Of a DNA stretch of 64,000 bases, positions 20,104 to 29,675 are shown one piece after another. The translations under genes and the position numbers were made by a program. The stretch is from Candidatus Babeliales bacterium. GTDB lineage: Bacteria; Babelota; Babeliae; Babelales; JACPOV01. The number at the start of each line of letters is the position of its first letter. Position 1 is the first letter of the stretch. Under the pieces are notes generated by a model. It made no database searches and had not been told where the DNA came from. It was given only the letters and a program-made list of their open reading frames with translations. The stretch covers positions 280,179 through 344,178 of the forward strand of contig JBFWNW010000001.1 in assembly GCA_050250855.1 (NCBI GenBank), given 5' to 3'.

Positions 20104-20979
20104 ATGAAAAAATTCCAATCTGCAATTTTACTATTCTCTTTACTGTGTAGTGGTTTACCATCAGGTTTGCAGGCACAAGAACAAGACAAAAAGGCTACTG
20201 CTATTTGTTTTGATTTTGATGACGTGCTAACGCAAAGAGAATCACGCATGCAGGATTTTTTGTATATTATTGCCTCAGCATGTTTTTCTAATCCTCTTGG
20301 CTGTTTCTATACGCTTTTTGATATGAATAAGATTAGAAAGCAAGGTGAACAGTATGCAAAGAAAGAGGCAGCGAGTACTCATTCTACCGTTGATGCTATG
20401 CTTTCCTATCTTAAGGAGCATAACTATGGGGATTTCTTTGCTTATCGCGATAGCATTATTGACTCAGCAATTGAGCCACAACCAATTCCTGGCATGATTC
20501 AGCTGGTACAAAAATTCAAAAGCGAAGGTTATACCGTACTCGGCGTTACCAATCAAACATATGAAGAAAGCAAAATTTATCGCACAAAACTAAAAAATCA
20601 AGGTATAGATTTGACGAGTCTCTTTGATGCTATTGTTACTACGTATGCACCAAACTACCCGCAAGCAGCATCTGATACTATGCAGCGTATGGAAGCTAAT
20701 GTATACATGACAAATCCTGGTGTTAGAAAGCCAGCAGCGAGTTATTATCAGGTGGTAAAAGATATCAGCAAACCACTTGGTGTGAATCGTTGGTATTTTA
20801 TTGATGATCAAAAAGTGAATGTTGAAGGTGCAAACCAAGCAGGCATGATCGGTATTCATTTTGCCTTACCAAAAGATAAAAAGGGTAATCAAAAGAAAGC
20901 ACGTAATGCCACCAAAGAAGAGTTGCGCGCAACGGTGTATAAAACGTATGATGCTTTGGTAGAATGCGGCGCTGTATAA
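20104..20979 (+). CDS. HAD-superfamily hydrolase with signal peptide
   Basis: FDFDDVL motif I, TN, RKP, FIDD..NV.GA..AGM. Confidence 0.85.
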   Translation: MKKFQSAILLFSLLCSGLPSGLQAQEQDKKATAICFDFDDVLTQRESRMQDFLYIIASACFSNPLGCFYTLFDMNKIRKQGEQYAKKEAASTHSTVDAMLSYLKEHNYGDFFAYRDSIIDSAIEPQPIPGMIQLVQKFKSEGYTVLGVTNQTYEESKIYRTKLKNQGIDLTSLFDAIVTTYAPNYPQAASDTMQRMEANVYMTNPGVRKPAASYYQVVKDISKPLGVNRWYFIDDQKVNVEGANQAGMIGIHFALPKDKKGNQKKARNATKEELRATVYKTYDALVECGAV

Positions 20980-21058
20980 AGTTTTTTCTTTACCACAATA
21001 AAGATTTCTTCTATGCTATTCTAATCATTATAACAGCTTGATAAAGCGAAAGATTTTC

Positions 21059-21376
21059 ATGAAAAGATTATTTTTTTTATATTTAGGTTTGGCACTAACA
21101 AGTGCTTCTGTCTGCGCTGTAGATAAAAATGATAAAGCGCCAACAAAAGCAGTGGGCATACGCAATGTGGTATATGGAACAGCTCTTTTGGGGGCGGCGT
21201 TGTCTTTTCGTTATTGGCTTCCAAGTGCTCAGTTTACTATGAATAATTATGGTGTTTGGTCGACACTTACAGAAACTACATATTTTCATAGATTGTTTCT
21301 TGATTGCTTGACTATGGGGATTTGTGCTGAAGCGTTGTATCAGCTTAATACATCAAAATCAGTAGATAAGGAATAA
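21059..21376 (+). CDS. Hypothetical exported/membrane protein
   Basis: Signal peptide MKRLFFLYL. Confidence 0.6.
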   Translation: MKRLFFLYLGLALTSASVCAVDKNDKAPTKAVGIRNVVYGTALLGAALSFRYWLPSAQFTMNNYGVWSTLTETTYFHRLFLDCLTMGICAEALYQLNTSKSVDKE

Positions 21377-21380
21377 AAAA

Positions 21381-21827
21381 ATGATTATAAAAAACAGCCT
21401 GATTTTTTCTCTTTTTATGGTGAGCCTGAGTGTGGGTGCACAAGAGCAAGAATTTCCGAAACTTCCATCTGAGGAAGCTGTTTTTGCAAGTGGCCATCAC
21501 TTGACTATTCATTTATATGCATCATTATCTGCGTATAACAGGGATCGCTTAGTACCACTAACTTCATCTATGGATGATTGTTTACGTAATCATTTATTGC
21601 TTACTTCGCCTTGGATTCATGAAAAAAGATTTACAAACGATATTGTACAAGCGTATGAGCGCAATGAAACACGGTCAGAAATTATTAATAAGATTAAAGG
21701 TAATAGATCTTACCAAGCAGTTCCCAAAATGGCGCAAGCATTACTTGGTCATAACTTAATGCAAGCATTAAAAGATTGTGATTATGTTACTCAAAGGGTT
21801 ATTCCTGCAAAGATTACTGACCTTTAA
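21381..21827 (+). CDS. Hypothetical exported protein
   Basis: Signal peptide ending VGA; SD aagga. Confidence 0.65.
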   Translation: MIIKNSLIFSLFMVSLSVGAQEQEFPKLPSEEAVFASGHHLTIHLYASLSAYNRDRLVPLTSSMDDCLRNHLLLTSPWIHEKRFTNDIVQAYERNETRSEIINKIKGNRSYQAVPKMAQALLGHNLMQALKDCDYVTQRVIPAKITDL

Positions 21828-21859
21828 TATATTAAAGCTATGTTAAAATTAGCATAGCT

Positions 21860-22321
21860 TTAACTTTCTATTGCTTCTTCGTCTTCATTATCATCATTTT
21901 CATCTTCTTGCGAAAACGATTCTTCAAGCTCTTTTAGAGCTTCTAGATGATTTTGGTGAATCTTGTTACCTTCTTTATCGAAGCCTTCATAAAACTCTTT
22001 CCAATCATTGCCGTGTTGCTTGCGAAGAGCAATGGCTTCTTTGAGCTGTTGTTCAAAAATTTTATTTTTATCAGCCTGGGTGGTAATGTCGGCCTTGTTC
22101 CATGTATCGATATTTTTTATACCAAAATCGAACCACTGTGCTTTATGATGACCCATCATATCAGCTTTTTTTGCATCCCAATCTTTACCAAAATCAAGCC
22201 ATTCAAGCTTTTGGATTTTTGATAATTTTTTAAATTCTATGAATTTATGGGCCCAGTTAATGTCTTCAGCTTTAAGGGCCGTACTTCCTACCAAGAGTAT
22301 ACCTAAGATAAAACGCTTCAT
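21860..22321 (-). CDS. Exported helical protein with acidic tail
   Basis: Signal peptide; repeated W-x-(D/E)-F motifs; Asp/Glu-rich C-terminus. Confidence 0.7.
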   Translation of the reverse strand: MKRFILGILLVGSTALKAEDINWAHKFIEFKKLSKIQKLEWLDFGKDWDAKKADMMGHHKAQWFDFGIKNIDTWNKADITTQADKNKIFEQQLKEAIALRKQHGNDWKEFYEGFDKEGNKIHQNHLEALKELEESFSQEDENDDNEDEEAIES

Positions 22322-22353
22322 GAGTTTCTCCTTTTTTATCTTTAGGGTACCGG

Positions 22354-22380
22354 AAAAAAGCCCTTAAAATCAAGGGTTTT
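22354..22380 (-). terminator. Probable intrinsic terminator
   Basis: ccctt/aaggg stem followed by a T-run on the minus strand. Confidence 0.45.
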
Positions 22381-22388
22381 ATTGCTTT

Positions 22389-23000
22389 TTATTCAGTTTT
22401 TTCTTTTGCAAAAAATGCTCTGTTTTTGGCAGCAGTTTGTAAGCTTCGTAGAATTTTTACAGGAAGGTGGAATTGCGAGGCATTGTTATAGTCTCTTATC
22501 ATACCATACCCTAGAAAAGCAATCCCCGCTCCTGCTGCTAGTGGTTGGTGTGTGCATGCACCTGTAAGTAGCAGGAAAATGCCACTACGAAGGAAGCGCA
22601 CAGCCGTTTCATATTCTTTTATTTCATTCATAATAATTTTTATTGCTTGTTGTTCGTATACCTCTAAAGAAGCTTGGTCAATTTTTTTTAATGCTTCAAT
22701 TTCTTTTTCTGATAAGGTTATATTGTTTTCAGTTTGTTCAACAAAAATATTTTCTGATGTTTCATAAAACTCTTCAAACAGTTCTTTTAAGGCCTTAGGA
22801 TCTTTTTCTTCTATGGCGTTGCCGACAAAAAAATTTTTCCACTCTGGAGATAGTTCAGAGGCCTTTTTACGATGTATTAAGGTGCTGGGCAATTCTTTTT
22901 GTTGAGAAGTAATTTTTTCAAATTCTTGTGATGTTGATTCTGGTTCCATGCTCATGAGAGGTGCAGTGAGTAAGAGTAGTGAACAGTACATTATTTTCAT
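22389..23000 (-). CDS. Exported/membrane hypothetical (SME signal), paralog of 23029-23496
   Basis: PLMS-MEPE; SELSPEWKNFFV shared with neighbour; two C-terminal hydrophobic segments. Confidence 0.7.
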   Translation of the reverse strand: MKIMYCSLLLLTAPLMSMEPESTSQEFEKITSQQKELPSTLIHRKKASELSPEWKNFFVGNAIEEKDPKALKELFEEFYETSENIFVEQTENNITLSEKEIEALKKIDQASLEVYEQQAIKIIMNEIKEYETAVRFLRSGIFLLLTGACTHQPLAAGAGIAFLGYGMIRDYNNASQFHLPVKILRSLQTAAKNRAFFAKEKTE

Positions 23001-23028
23001 GATAACAAATCCTTTTTTTAGTACTAAT

Positions 23029-23496
23029 TTATTTTTGTTGTTTATCAGTTTCTAATGTTTCTAACATGTTGATGGTATCACGTAAGCGATATTTACCATA
23101 TAAACGTTTAACTTCACACAATCCTGCCATGATTAATCCAAACCAGCTTACTTGAGGTTTTTTTAGTGCTAGGCCCATACCAAAAATATTAAGGCCTATA
23201 GAAGAAAAATCTTTAAGCAATGCATGTTCATTAACGCGTTGTGCAATTTCTCTATATGCTTTTTCTGTGGAAAAAGATTTTTCTGTACTATTTGGTTTAT
23301 TTTTTTCAAACAAGTGATTTGAAGTTTTATGTATTTTTTTGGATAGTTGTCCAATTAATTGAGGATTGTGTTGAATGATTTCTAATACAAAAAAGGTTTT
23401 CCATTCTTGAGAAAGTTCAGAAAGTTCTAGATTATGTTCCATGCTCATAGCAGGAACTGTTATAAAAAATAGAACAGCGTATATATTTTTTTTCAT
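23029..23496 (-). CDS. Exported/membrane hypothetical (SME signal)
   Basis: PAMS-MEHN; SELSQEWKTFFV. Confidence 0.7.
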   Translation of the reverse strand: MKKNIYAVLFFITVPAMSMEHNLELSELSQEWKTFFVLEIIQHNPQLIGQLSKKIHKTSNHLFEKNKPNSTEKSFSTEKAYREIAQRVNEHALLKDFSSIGLNIFGMGLALKKPQVSWFGLIMAGLCEVKRLYGKYRLRDTINMLETLETDKQQK

Positions 23497-23576
23497 GCCA
23501 AAATCCTTTTTTGCAGATTTAGTTAAATAATAAAAACAGTTCACGTTATTATAGCAAAATTTTTTAGTATGTAATA

Positions 23577-24278
23577 TTAGTGCAAAAGGAACGTTTGTAG
23601 AGAGGGTGATGCTGAAATATTTTTTATAGTTTCACATGACTCAGTAATAGTTCCTTGATTTATAAAATAGGCACGATCAAATATTTTTTTTATAAAAGAA
23701 CTATCTTGACTTGAAAGGCCGATCGTTAGTCCCTCTGCGGCCAATGCTTGTAAAATAGCAACCAAGAGTTGTGTGTTTTCAGGGTCCAGTGACGCTGTTG
23801 GTTCATCAAGAAGCAACACTTGAGGTTGCAAACATAATGCACGCGCAAGAGCAACGCGTTGTTGTTGGCCACCAGAAAGTTCAGAAGGATAGGCATTGAT
23901 AAAATTTTGCATGCCAAATTTTTCTAAAAGTTCTAATGCGCGTTCTTGTGCAGTTTGTTCATTCATTCCTGTTTGCAATAAAGGGTCTGTGCAATTTTGC
24001 AGTACGGTTACATGTGTAAAAAGATTAAAATCTTGAAAAACAAAGCCAACCGTTTGCGCGCGCTGCTGAGCTGTGAGTTTTGTTATGTCTACACCATTCA
24101 TTACTACAGAATCTTTGGTATTTGGTTCAAGGCCAGCTAGTGCTTTCAGAAGTGTTGTTTTACCAGCACCACTTTTGCCAAGAAAACAGGTGATGCGTCC
24201 AGAGGGCAATGTGCACGATACAGTATCTATGATTTTTTTTCCGTTTATTACAACGGTAAGATTATTAACGTTGACCAT
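23577..24278 (-). CDS. Polar amino-acid ABC transporter ATPase
   Basis: GKSGAGKT, LSGGQQQRVALARAL, DEPTASLD. Confidence 0.92.
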   Translation of the reverse strand: MVNVNNLTVVINGKKIIDTVSCTLPSGRITCFLGKSGAGKTTLLKALAGLEPNTKDSVVMNGVDITKLTAQQRAQTVGFVFQDFNLFTHVTVLQNCTDPLLQTGMNEQTAQERALELLEKFGMQNFINAYPSELSGGQQQRVALARALCLQPQVLLLDEPTASLDPENTQLLVAILQALAAEGLTIGLSSQDSSFIKKIFDRAYFINQGTITESCETIKNISASPSLQTFLLH

Positions 24279-24918
24279 AGCGCATCCTTTTTTCTAGTAC
24301 TATAAGTACACTATTGAGCATAGCAGCAAACAAAAGATAGATAATTGCAAGGGTTGCATATACCGCAACAGGATTAAGCTCACGTGAAATAATATTCATG
24401 CCGGTGCGGGTTAATTCTGCTATGCCGATAGTTGCTAAAAGTGAAGTGCTTTTGAGTAACTGTTCAGCTTCGCCAAAAAGAGCTGGCGCTATTGCTCGGA
24501 ATGCTTGTGGCAAGATAATGCGTTTTAATTGTGCAGGTAGTGAATAGCCAAGTACTGCAGCTGCTTGCCATTGTCCTTTTGGCACTGCATTAATGCCAGC
24601 GCGTATGATTTCTGTAACGTAACCGCTTGAACAAAAGGCCAATGCACCACATGCGGCAGCAAATGCTGGCAATGATATGCCACACAAAGCAGGAATGAGA
24701 AAATAGGCAATTAAAATCTGTACGTAAGCAGGAATACCTTTGGCAATAAACGTATAGAGTTTAATGAGCGCATACGTTTTTGATGAAGTTAATGCACGGC
24801 AACTTGCAATAGCAAATAAGGTTCCAAGAATAAGACTTATTAGTGCTGCACAAAACCATGCTGCCAAGGTTACTTGCATTCCTTGGGCAAGCAGCTTACT
24901 GTAATCTAATATATTCAT
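24265..24918 (-). CDS. Polar amino-acid ABC transporter permease
   Basis: EIIRAGINAVPKGQWQAA..LG, ILPQAFR, LLKSTSL. Confidence 0.92.
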   Translation of the reverse strand: MNILDYSKLLAQGMQVTLAAWFCAALISLILGTLFAIASCRALTSSKTYALIKLYTFIAKGIPAYVQILIAYFLIPALCGISLPAFAAACGALAFCSSGYVTEIIRAGINAVPKGQWQAAAVLGYSLPAQLKRIILPQAFRAIAPALFGEAEQLLKSTSLLATIGIAELTRTGMNIISRELNPVAVYATLAIIYLLFAAMLNSVLIVLEKRMRYGQR

Positions 24919-25697
24919 GATGCGATATCCCATTTTTTTTCAAACGTGTTGATGGTGCCATTATTGATTAGGGTATTTACTGCTTTTTGTACTTCTTGTA
25001 TCAGTAATGTATTATTTTTCTTAATGCAAATACCAACGCCATATACTTGATATTCAGGTTTTAATGGTACCTTGAGTAACTGAATTTCTGGATATTTTTT
25101 CTTGAATTTTTTTGCAATCGCTGGTTCTACCAATGCAGCATCTGCTTTGCCATACTGAATGTTGAGTAATGCATCATCAACTTTTTCAGTATATTTTTTA
25201 GTGATAGTTTTATACGTACTCAGCACCGTATCTTGTGATGATGCTGGTTCTACGCATATCGTTTTGCCATTCATATCATCAAGAGAAGTAATGCCTTCTG
25301 GTATTTTTTGCCAAAAGAGTAGCGGGAAATCTGTTACCGTTTCTCCTTGGTAACGAACCATTGCCATAGTTTGTAAACGGTCTTGCGTGATTGACATGCC
25401 CCATATAATCGCATCAATCATGCCTTGGTTGAGAGCAATCAAGAGTGAGCTCATTGAGCCAAGATCTTTGAGTATGAGTTCTTTATTCATAGTTTGTGCA
25501 ACAGCGCGAATAACATCATAATCAAAGCCTTCATACTGCCCTTGATTATTAATACTCATCCAAGGAGCATAATCTCCTGCGGTACCAACAATGAATGGAG
25601 AGCGATTGGTGCCGGGGCCAGATTCTTTTTTTATATATACCGTGTAGCCTGTCAAGGCTATGAGTGCTGTTACGAGTATTATTATTTTTATATTCAT
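24915..25697 (-). CDS. Amino-acid ABC transporter substrate-binding protein (SBP family 3)
   Basis: VGT..DYAPW, EGFDYDV, GMSITQDR, GKADA. Confidence 0.9.
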   Translation of the reverse strand: MNIKIIILVTALIALTGYTVYIKKESGPGTNRSPFIVGTAGDYAPWMSINNQGQYEGFDYDVIRAVAQTMNKELILKDLGSMSSLLIALNQGMIDAIIWGMSITQDRLQTMAMVRYQGETVTDFPLLFWQKIPEGITSLDDMNGKTICVEPASSQDTVLSTYKTITKKYTEKVDDALLNIQYGKADAALVEPAIAKKFKKKYPEIQLLKVPLKPEYQVYGVGICIKKNNTLLIQEVQKAVNTLINNGTINTFEKKWDIAS

Positions 25698-25723
25698 AAT
25701 TTCCTTTAAATAGTTATATGCTG

Positions 25724-25808
25724 TGTTCGTATGCTTCGATAAACTCAGCACGAACGGATTTCTTATTTTTTACCCCGTTCGCCCTGAGCTCGTCGAAGGG
25801 TGCGAACA
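25724..25808. repeat. Type A palindromic doublet overlapping the 3' end of the TrpR-like gene
   Basis: tgttcgtatgcttcgataaactcagcacgaacgg ... ccgttcgccctgagctcgtcgaagggtgcgaaca. Confidence 0.85.
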
Positions 25809-26095
25809 GAGTTGTTTTTCAATACTGCTTGGTAGCCGTGATGGGGTTCATCTTTTAAAAAGCGGGCGACGCGAGTAATCGTTGCCAGGCTTGCTCCCGT
25901 AAGGTCATTAATCTCTCGGTAAGAGAGATTGCCTTCATGTAAGAGTTTGCATACATGCCAGCGCTCAGCTAAAGCAGTAAGCTCTTGTGGTGTGCACAAA
26001 TCTTTCAAAAAATTAGCCATGAGTTCAGGCTTTTTTATTGAAATTAGGGTTTTAAAGAGGTCCTGTTCAAGTTTTTTATTGTTATTCTTTTTCAT
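25763..26095 (-). CDS. TrpR-like (YerC/YecD) repressor
   Basis: FLKDLCTPQE, ERW.V, SYREI, GASLATITRVAR, GY. Confidence 0.9.
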   Translation of the reverse strand: MKKNNNKKLEQDLFKTLISIKKPELMANFLKDLCTPQELTALAERWHVCKLLHEGNLSYREINDLTGASLATITRVARFLKDEPHHGYQAVLKNNSVRTLRRAQGERGKK

Positions 26096-26131
26096 ACTAA
26101 AATTCCTTTATTTTCAGGTTTAAAGTGTTCT

Positions 26132-26171
26132 ATTGTTCTATTATGATAGAACAATTCTTGGTAAAAGTCAA
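26132..26171 (-). promoter_or_regulatory. Promoter with overlapping palindromic operator
   Basis: TTGACT-17-TATCAT on the minus strand; 24-bp palindrome attgttctattatgatagaacaat (22/24 symmetric). Confidence 0.75.
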
Positions 26172-26253
26172 GCCTTTGCCCCCAAACTGTTGCCTTTACA
26201 GGAGCGAGTAGGGTAGAACTTGCAGTAGATTATTACAAGCCAAAGGATTTTGT

Positions 26254-27255
26254 ATGAATAAATTTTTGAAAGCATTATCTGCTGACCTAAAGAAAAAGCT
26301 CAAAAAAAAGAAAATGCCATCATTTGAAAAACCAATGTTGGCAACGCTTACCAAGGATTATTTTTCTGATAAAGAATGGATTTATGAACGAAAGTTTGAT
26401 GGCCAGCGCTGTTTAATTTTTAAAAATTATGATCATATTTCATTAAAATCGCGCAATAATAATTCTTTAAATGCTACTTACCCAGAGCTTGTTGTAGCAG
26501 CAAAAAAATTAAAAGCTGATCAGCTTATTATTGATGGCGAAGTTGTTGCTTTTAAAGGTAAAGTAACGAGTTTTGAAAAGCTGCAGCAGCGCTTAGGAGT
26601 TAAAAGCGAACACAAAGCATTATCAAAAAATATTCATATTTATATCTATATATTTGATATTTTATATCTTGATGGGTATGAACTTTTAAAGGTGCCTTTG
26701 CATGTTAGAAAATCAATTCTCAAGGCAGCTATTACGTATAAAGATCCCATTCGTTATACCATACATAAAAATACAAAAGGCAAAGAGTTTTTTAACATTG
26801 CTTGCAAAAAAAATTGGGAAGGAATTATAGCAAAAGAACGTAATAGTACCTATGTGCATGCACGTTCACCAAATTGGTTAAAATTTAAATGTGTTGCAAA
26901 TCAAGAATTAGTTATTGGTGGTTACACCGATCCAGCTGGTTCACGTGTAGGGTTTGGTGCGTTGCTTCTTGGTTATTATAAAAAAGGAAAATTTATTTTT
27001 GCTGGTAAAGTTGGTACAGGATTTTCTGATACCTTACTCAGACAACTTTCTGCTCGCTTAAAAAAAATAGAAATAAAGAAGAATCCTTTTCATTCAGATG
27101 AAATGGAAGGGCGAAATGTGCATTTTGTAAAACCTATTTTAGTTGCAGAAATCGGCTTTGAAGAATGGACAAAAGATAATAAGCTCCGCCAGCCTCGCTT
27201 TTTGGGACTGCGTACTGACAAAGATGCCAAAAAGGTAGTGCAAGAAAAGGCTTAA
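26254..27255 (+). CDS. ATP-dependent DNA ligase (LigD ligase domain only)
   Basis: PMLATL, ERKFDG, DGEVV, FDILYLDG, EGIIAK, WLKFK, VGTGF, LRQPRF. Confidence 0.9.
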   Translation: MNKFLKALSADLKKKLKKKKMPSFEKPMLATLTKDYFSDKEWIYERKFDGQRCLIFKNYDHISLKSRNNNSLNATYPELVVAAKKLKADQLIIDGEVVAFKGKVTSFEKLQQRLGVKSEHKALSKNIHIYIYIFDILYLDGYELLKVPLHVRKSILKAAITYKDPIRYTIHKNTKGKEFFNIACKKNWEGIIAKERNSTYVHARSPNWLKFKCVANQELVIGGYTDPAGSRVGFGALLLGYYKKGKFIFAGKVGTGFSDTLLRQLSARLKKIEIKKNPFHSDEMEGRNVHFVKPILVAEIGFEEWTKDNKLRQPRFLGLRTDKDAKKVVQEKA

Positions 27256-27316
27256 AACTCTTGTATTTTAAGAGGTTTTTATGCTATTTTTTTAGGTAAA
27301 GCAAGGAGTAGGAACC

Positions 27317-27658
27317 ATGATCTACATTGACCCATTTTTGCTCTATATTAGGGCTTTTATTGCTGCCGTAGGGGTAGCAGTGATTACCGTAGGAGCATTA
27401 CGCTCTCTCTACCAACTATTTCGGTTAGTGGTCTATGAGGATATTACCAGTAATACTATTAGGCTTGAATTTGGTAATAGTGTTATTTTGGGGCTTGAAT
27501 TTATGGTAGGTGCTGATATTGTTGGTTCATTAGTTGAGCCGGATTATTATAACCTTGGCCTTCTTGCTATTATTGTTTTGATTAGAACCGTATTGAGTTA
27601 TTTTTTAAATGCTGAACTTGAAGCTCTTTCGCCAAGACAGCGAAAAGCATTACATTAA
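27317..27658 (+). CDS. DUF1622 membrane protein
   Basis: LGLEFMVGADI, IVLIRTVLSYFL..E. Confidence 0.85.
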   Translation: MIYIDPFLLYIRAFIAAVGVAVITVGALRSLYQLFRLVVYEDITSNTIRLEFGNSVILGLEFMVGADIVGSLVEPDYYNLGLLAIIVLIRTVLSYFLNAELEALSPRQRKALH

Positions 27659-27672
27659 AAAAAGGAAGAATC

Positions 27673-28161
27673 ATGAAAAAACTTTTACATAAAACGCGTA
27701 TTTCAATACCAGAAAAAAAACGTGTTGCATTAATTGCTCTACTTAATAAAACATTAGCATCAGTTGCTGATTTATACGCGCAGTTAAAACAGGCCCATTG
27801 GAATATAAAAGGTATGGAATTTATTGCGGTTCATCTTATGCTGGATACGATTGCAGAAGAAGTTGAAGAACACGTTGATATTGTTGCAGAACGCGTTACA
27901 ACACTTGGCGGAACAGCATTAGGGACGTTGCAAGAAGCGGTAAAAAATACGCAATTGCGTACGTATCCGACTGATATTTTTGCTATCAAAGATCACCTTG
28001 AGCATTTAGCACATAATTTTGCTATTTTAGGTGAACTATCAAGAAATAATGTTGATGAAACGGAAGAGCTTGATGATATGGGTACTAATGATCTTTATAT
28101 TGATTTAGTACGTATGCTTGATAAAAATCTTTGGTTTATTGAAGCGCATTTACAAAAATAA
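27673..28161 (+). CDS. dps: DNA starvation/stationary-phase protection protein Dps
   Basis: KQAHWNIKG, H..LD, D..AER, DK.LWFIEAH. Confidence 0.93.
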   Translation: MKKLLHKTRISIPEKKRVALIALLNKTLASVADLYAQLKQAHWNIKGMEFIAVHLMLDTIAEEVEEHVDIVAERVTTLGGTALGTLQEAVKNTQLRTYPTDIFAIKDHLEHLAHNFAILGELSRNNVDETEELDDMGTNDLYIDLVRMLDKNLWFIEAHLQK

Positions 28162-28211
28162 GTTTTTTTCTAAGTAATTTATTTTTTTATAGTTATTATT
28201 TTAATTAATCT

Positions 28212-28620
28212 GAGCCCTTGCCCAGGCGGGGCTAGCCCCTTTTCAAGCGCTTTATCTTTCGATACATTTTTCCTAACGGAAAAACACTCAAGATGAGCGC
28301 ATAAATATAATTTCTATTTTATTCCGCTCGCCCTGAGTGATTTACGTAGTAAATTGTATCGAAGGGTCATAACTCGGCTTCCAGATTTTTTATTAAAATC
28401 TGAGAAGCTCTCAAACAGATGAGCTTTCAAGGTGCACTAAACTATTTTTTATACCTTCAATCCGGTAGCGAATCAGCGACCTGAAGACAAGGCTGAAAGC
28501 CGAAGGATGAGTGGTTGATGTTTGAGCGGGCAAGCGGATCCAACAGCATGTTGGTGTATTTTTGTCCAGTCCTTTTGTACAAGCAAAAGGGGCTGGTTCT
28601 GCCCCGAATAGGGGTCGTTA
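28212..28620. mobile_element. Composite palindromic element copy 2
   Basis: Left end 28212-28243 is an imperfect inverted match to right end 28586-28618; core 28367-28600 is nearly identical to 2008-2277 apart from one module; contains a type A variant at 28258-28366. Confidence 0.8.
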
Positions 28621-28756
28621 AACTTAGAAATGTTAGAAATGTATTGAAAGATCGAGTGCACAGTTCATAGTAATTAATTGTTAAAAAGCGGTATTTGACT
28701 TTTTCTTCCTTTTACCAGTAGGATGAGTACTACTGATCTATAAAAAGGGAGTTTTT

Positions 28757-29569
28757 ATGAAAAAAAAATATAGTGCATTATTCTTACTGTTTTCTTCAAT
28801 TCTTAGTGCGCGTCATGATTATGATCAATCTGGTCCATTGTTTCAACCTTATTCATTCACGGTTAGAGGTGGCATAGCGCCTTCTGTTTTTGCCTATCGC
28901 GGAACTATTTTTTCTGCCGTTGCTAATTTGAACCCCTTAATTCTTGAAGCTTTTAAAGATGCAAAATTTGGAAAAATGTGGCGCAACTATCCTGCCAATA
29001 TAGATTTTGATTTTGGTTATGCGCTTTCAAATCATACAGAGCTTTTTGGTGAATTTAATTATCGTTATGCAAAAGAAAATAACTTTTTTTTTATTTCTGG
29101 GCAAGAAACGGGATTTCCGACAACATCTTTACCAAACCTTAATAAATTTCAATCGTTTGCAGGTTATGCAGGGTTTAGATATTTTTTTAATAGGATTGCA
29201 TCAGAAACATTTTCTTTTTTTCTTGGCTTGAAATTTGGTTTAGTTAACTATAGAAAAGTAAATGCAAAACCATTAATAATAAAAAATTTTTTTGGAGTGC
29301 TTGAGCAAAATGCGGTATGGTTTAGATCGCATAATGTTTGCAGTGGTGGATTGCAAGTAGGGTTTGATACGTTAGTTGCAGAATCAATATCATTGTTTTC
29401 AACAGCAGAGGTAGTTGTTTCAGGAGGGTTAAGATCTAACATTAATATTGTTAAACAGGACCAATCTGTTTTTCAAGGGTTTACTAATATAATTCGGGAA
29501 TCATCTGGGCCGCTGATTTCATTTCCTCTAACTTTAGGTGTACGTTATTATTTTGGTGGTTGTAAGTAA
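28757..29569 (+). CDS. Outer-membrane beta-barrel protein, paralog 1
   Basis: Signal peptide; amphipathic strands; ends LGVRYYFGGCK. Confidence 0.75.
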   Translation: MKKKYSALFLLFSSILSARHDYDQSGPLFQPYSFTVRGGIAPSVFAYRGTIFSAVANLNPLILEAFKDAKFGKMWRNYPANIDFDFGYALSNHTELFGEFNYRYAKENNFFFISGQETGFPTTSLPNLNKFQSFAGYAGFRYFFNRIASETFSFFLGLKFGLVNYRKVNAKPLIIKNFFGVLEQNAVWFRSHNVCSGGLQVGFDTLVAESISLFSTAEVVVSGGLRSNINIVKQDQSVFQGFTNIIRESSGPLISFPLTLGVRYYFGGCK

Positions 29570-29675
29570 GTAATGCTTAAAGCATATATACTTTTATCCA
29601 TTACTTATAATATGTTTTGACTTTTATTATGTTTTTACATTAATGACGATGAAATTTATAAAAAAGGGAGTCTTT

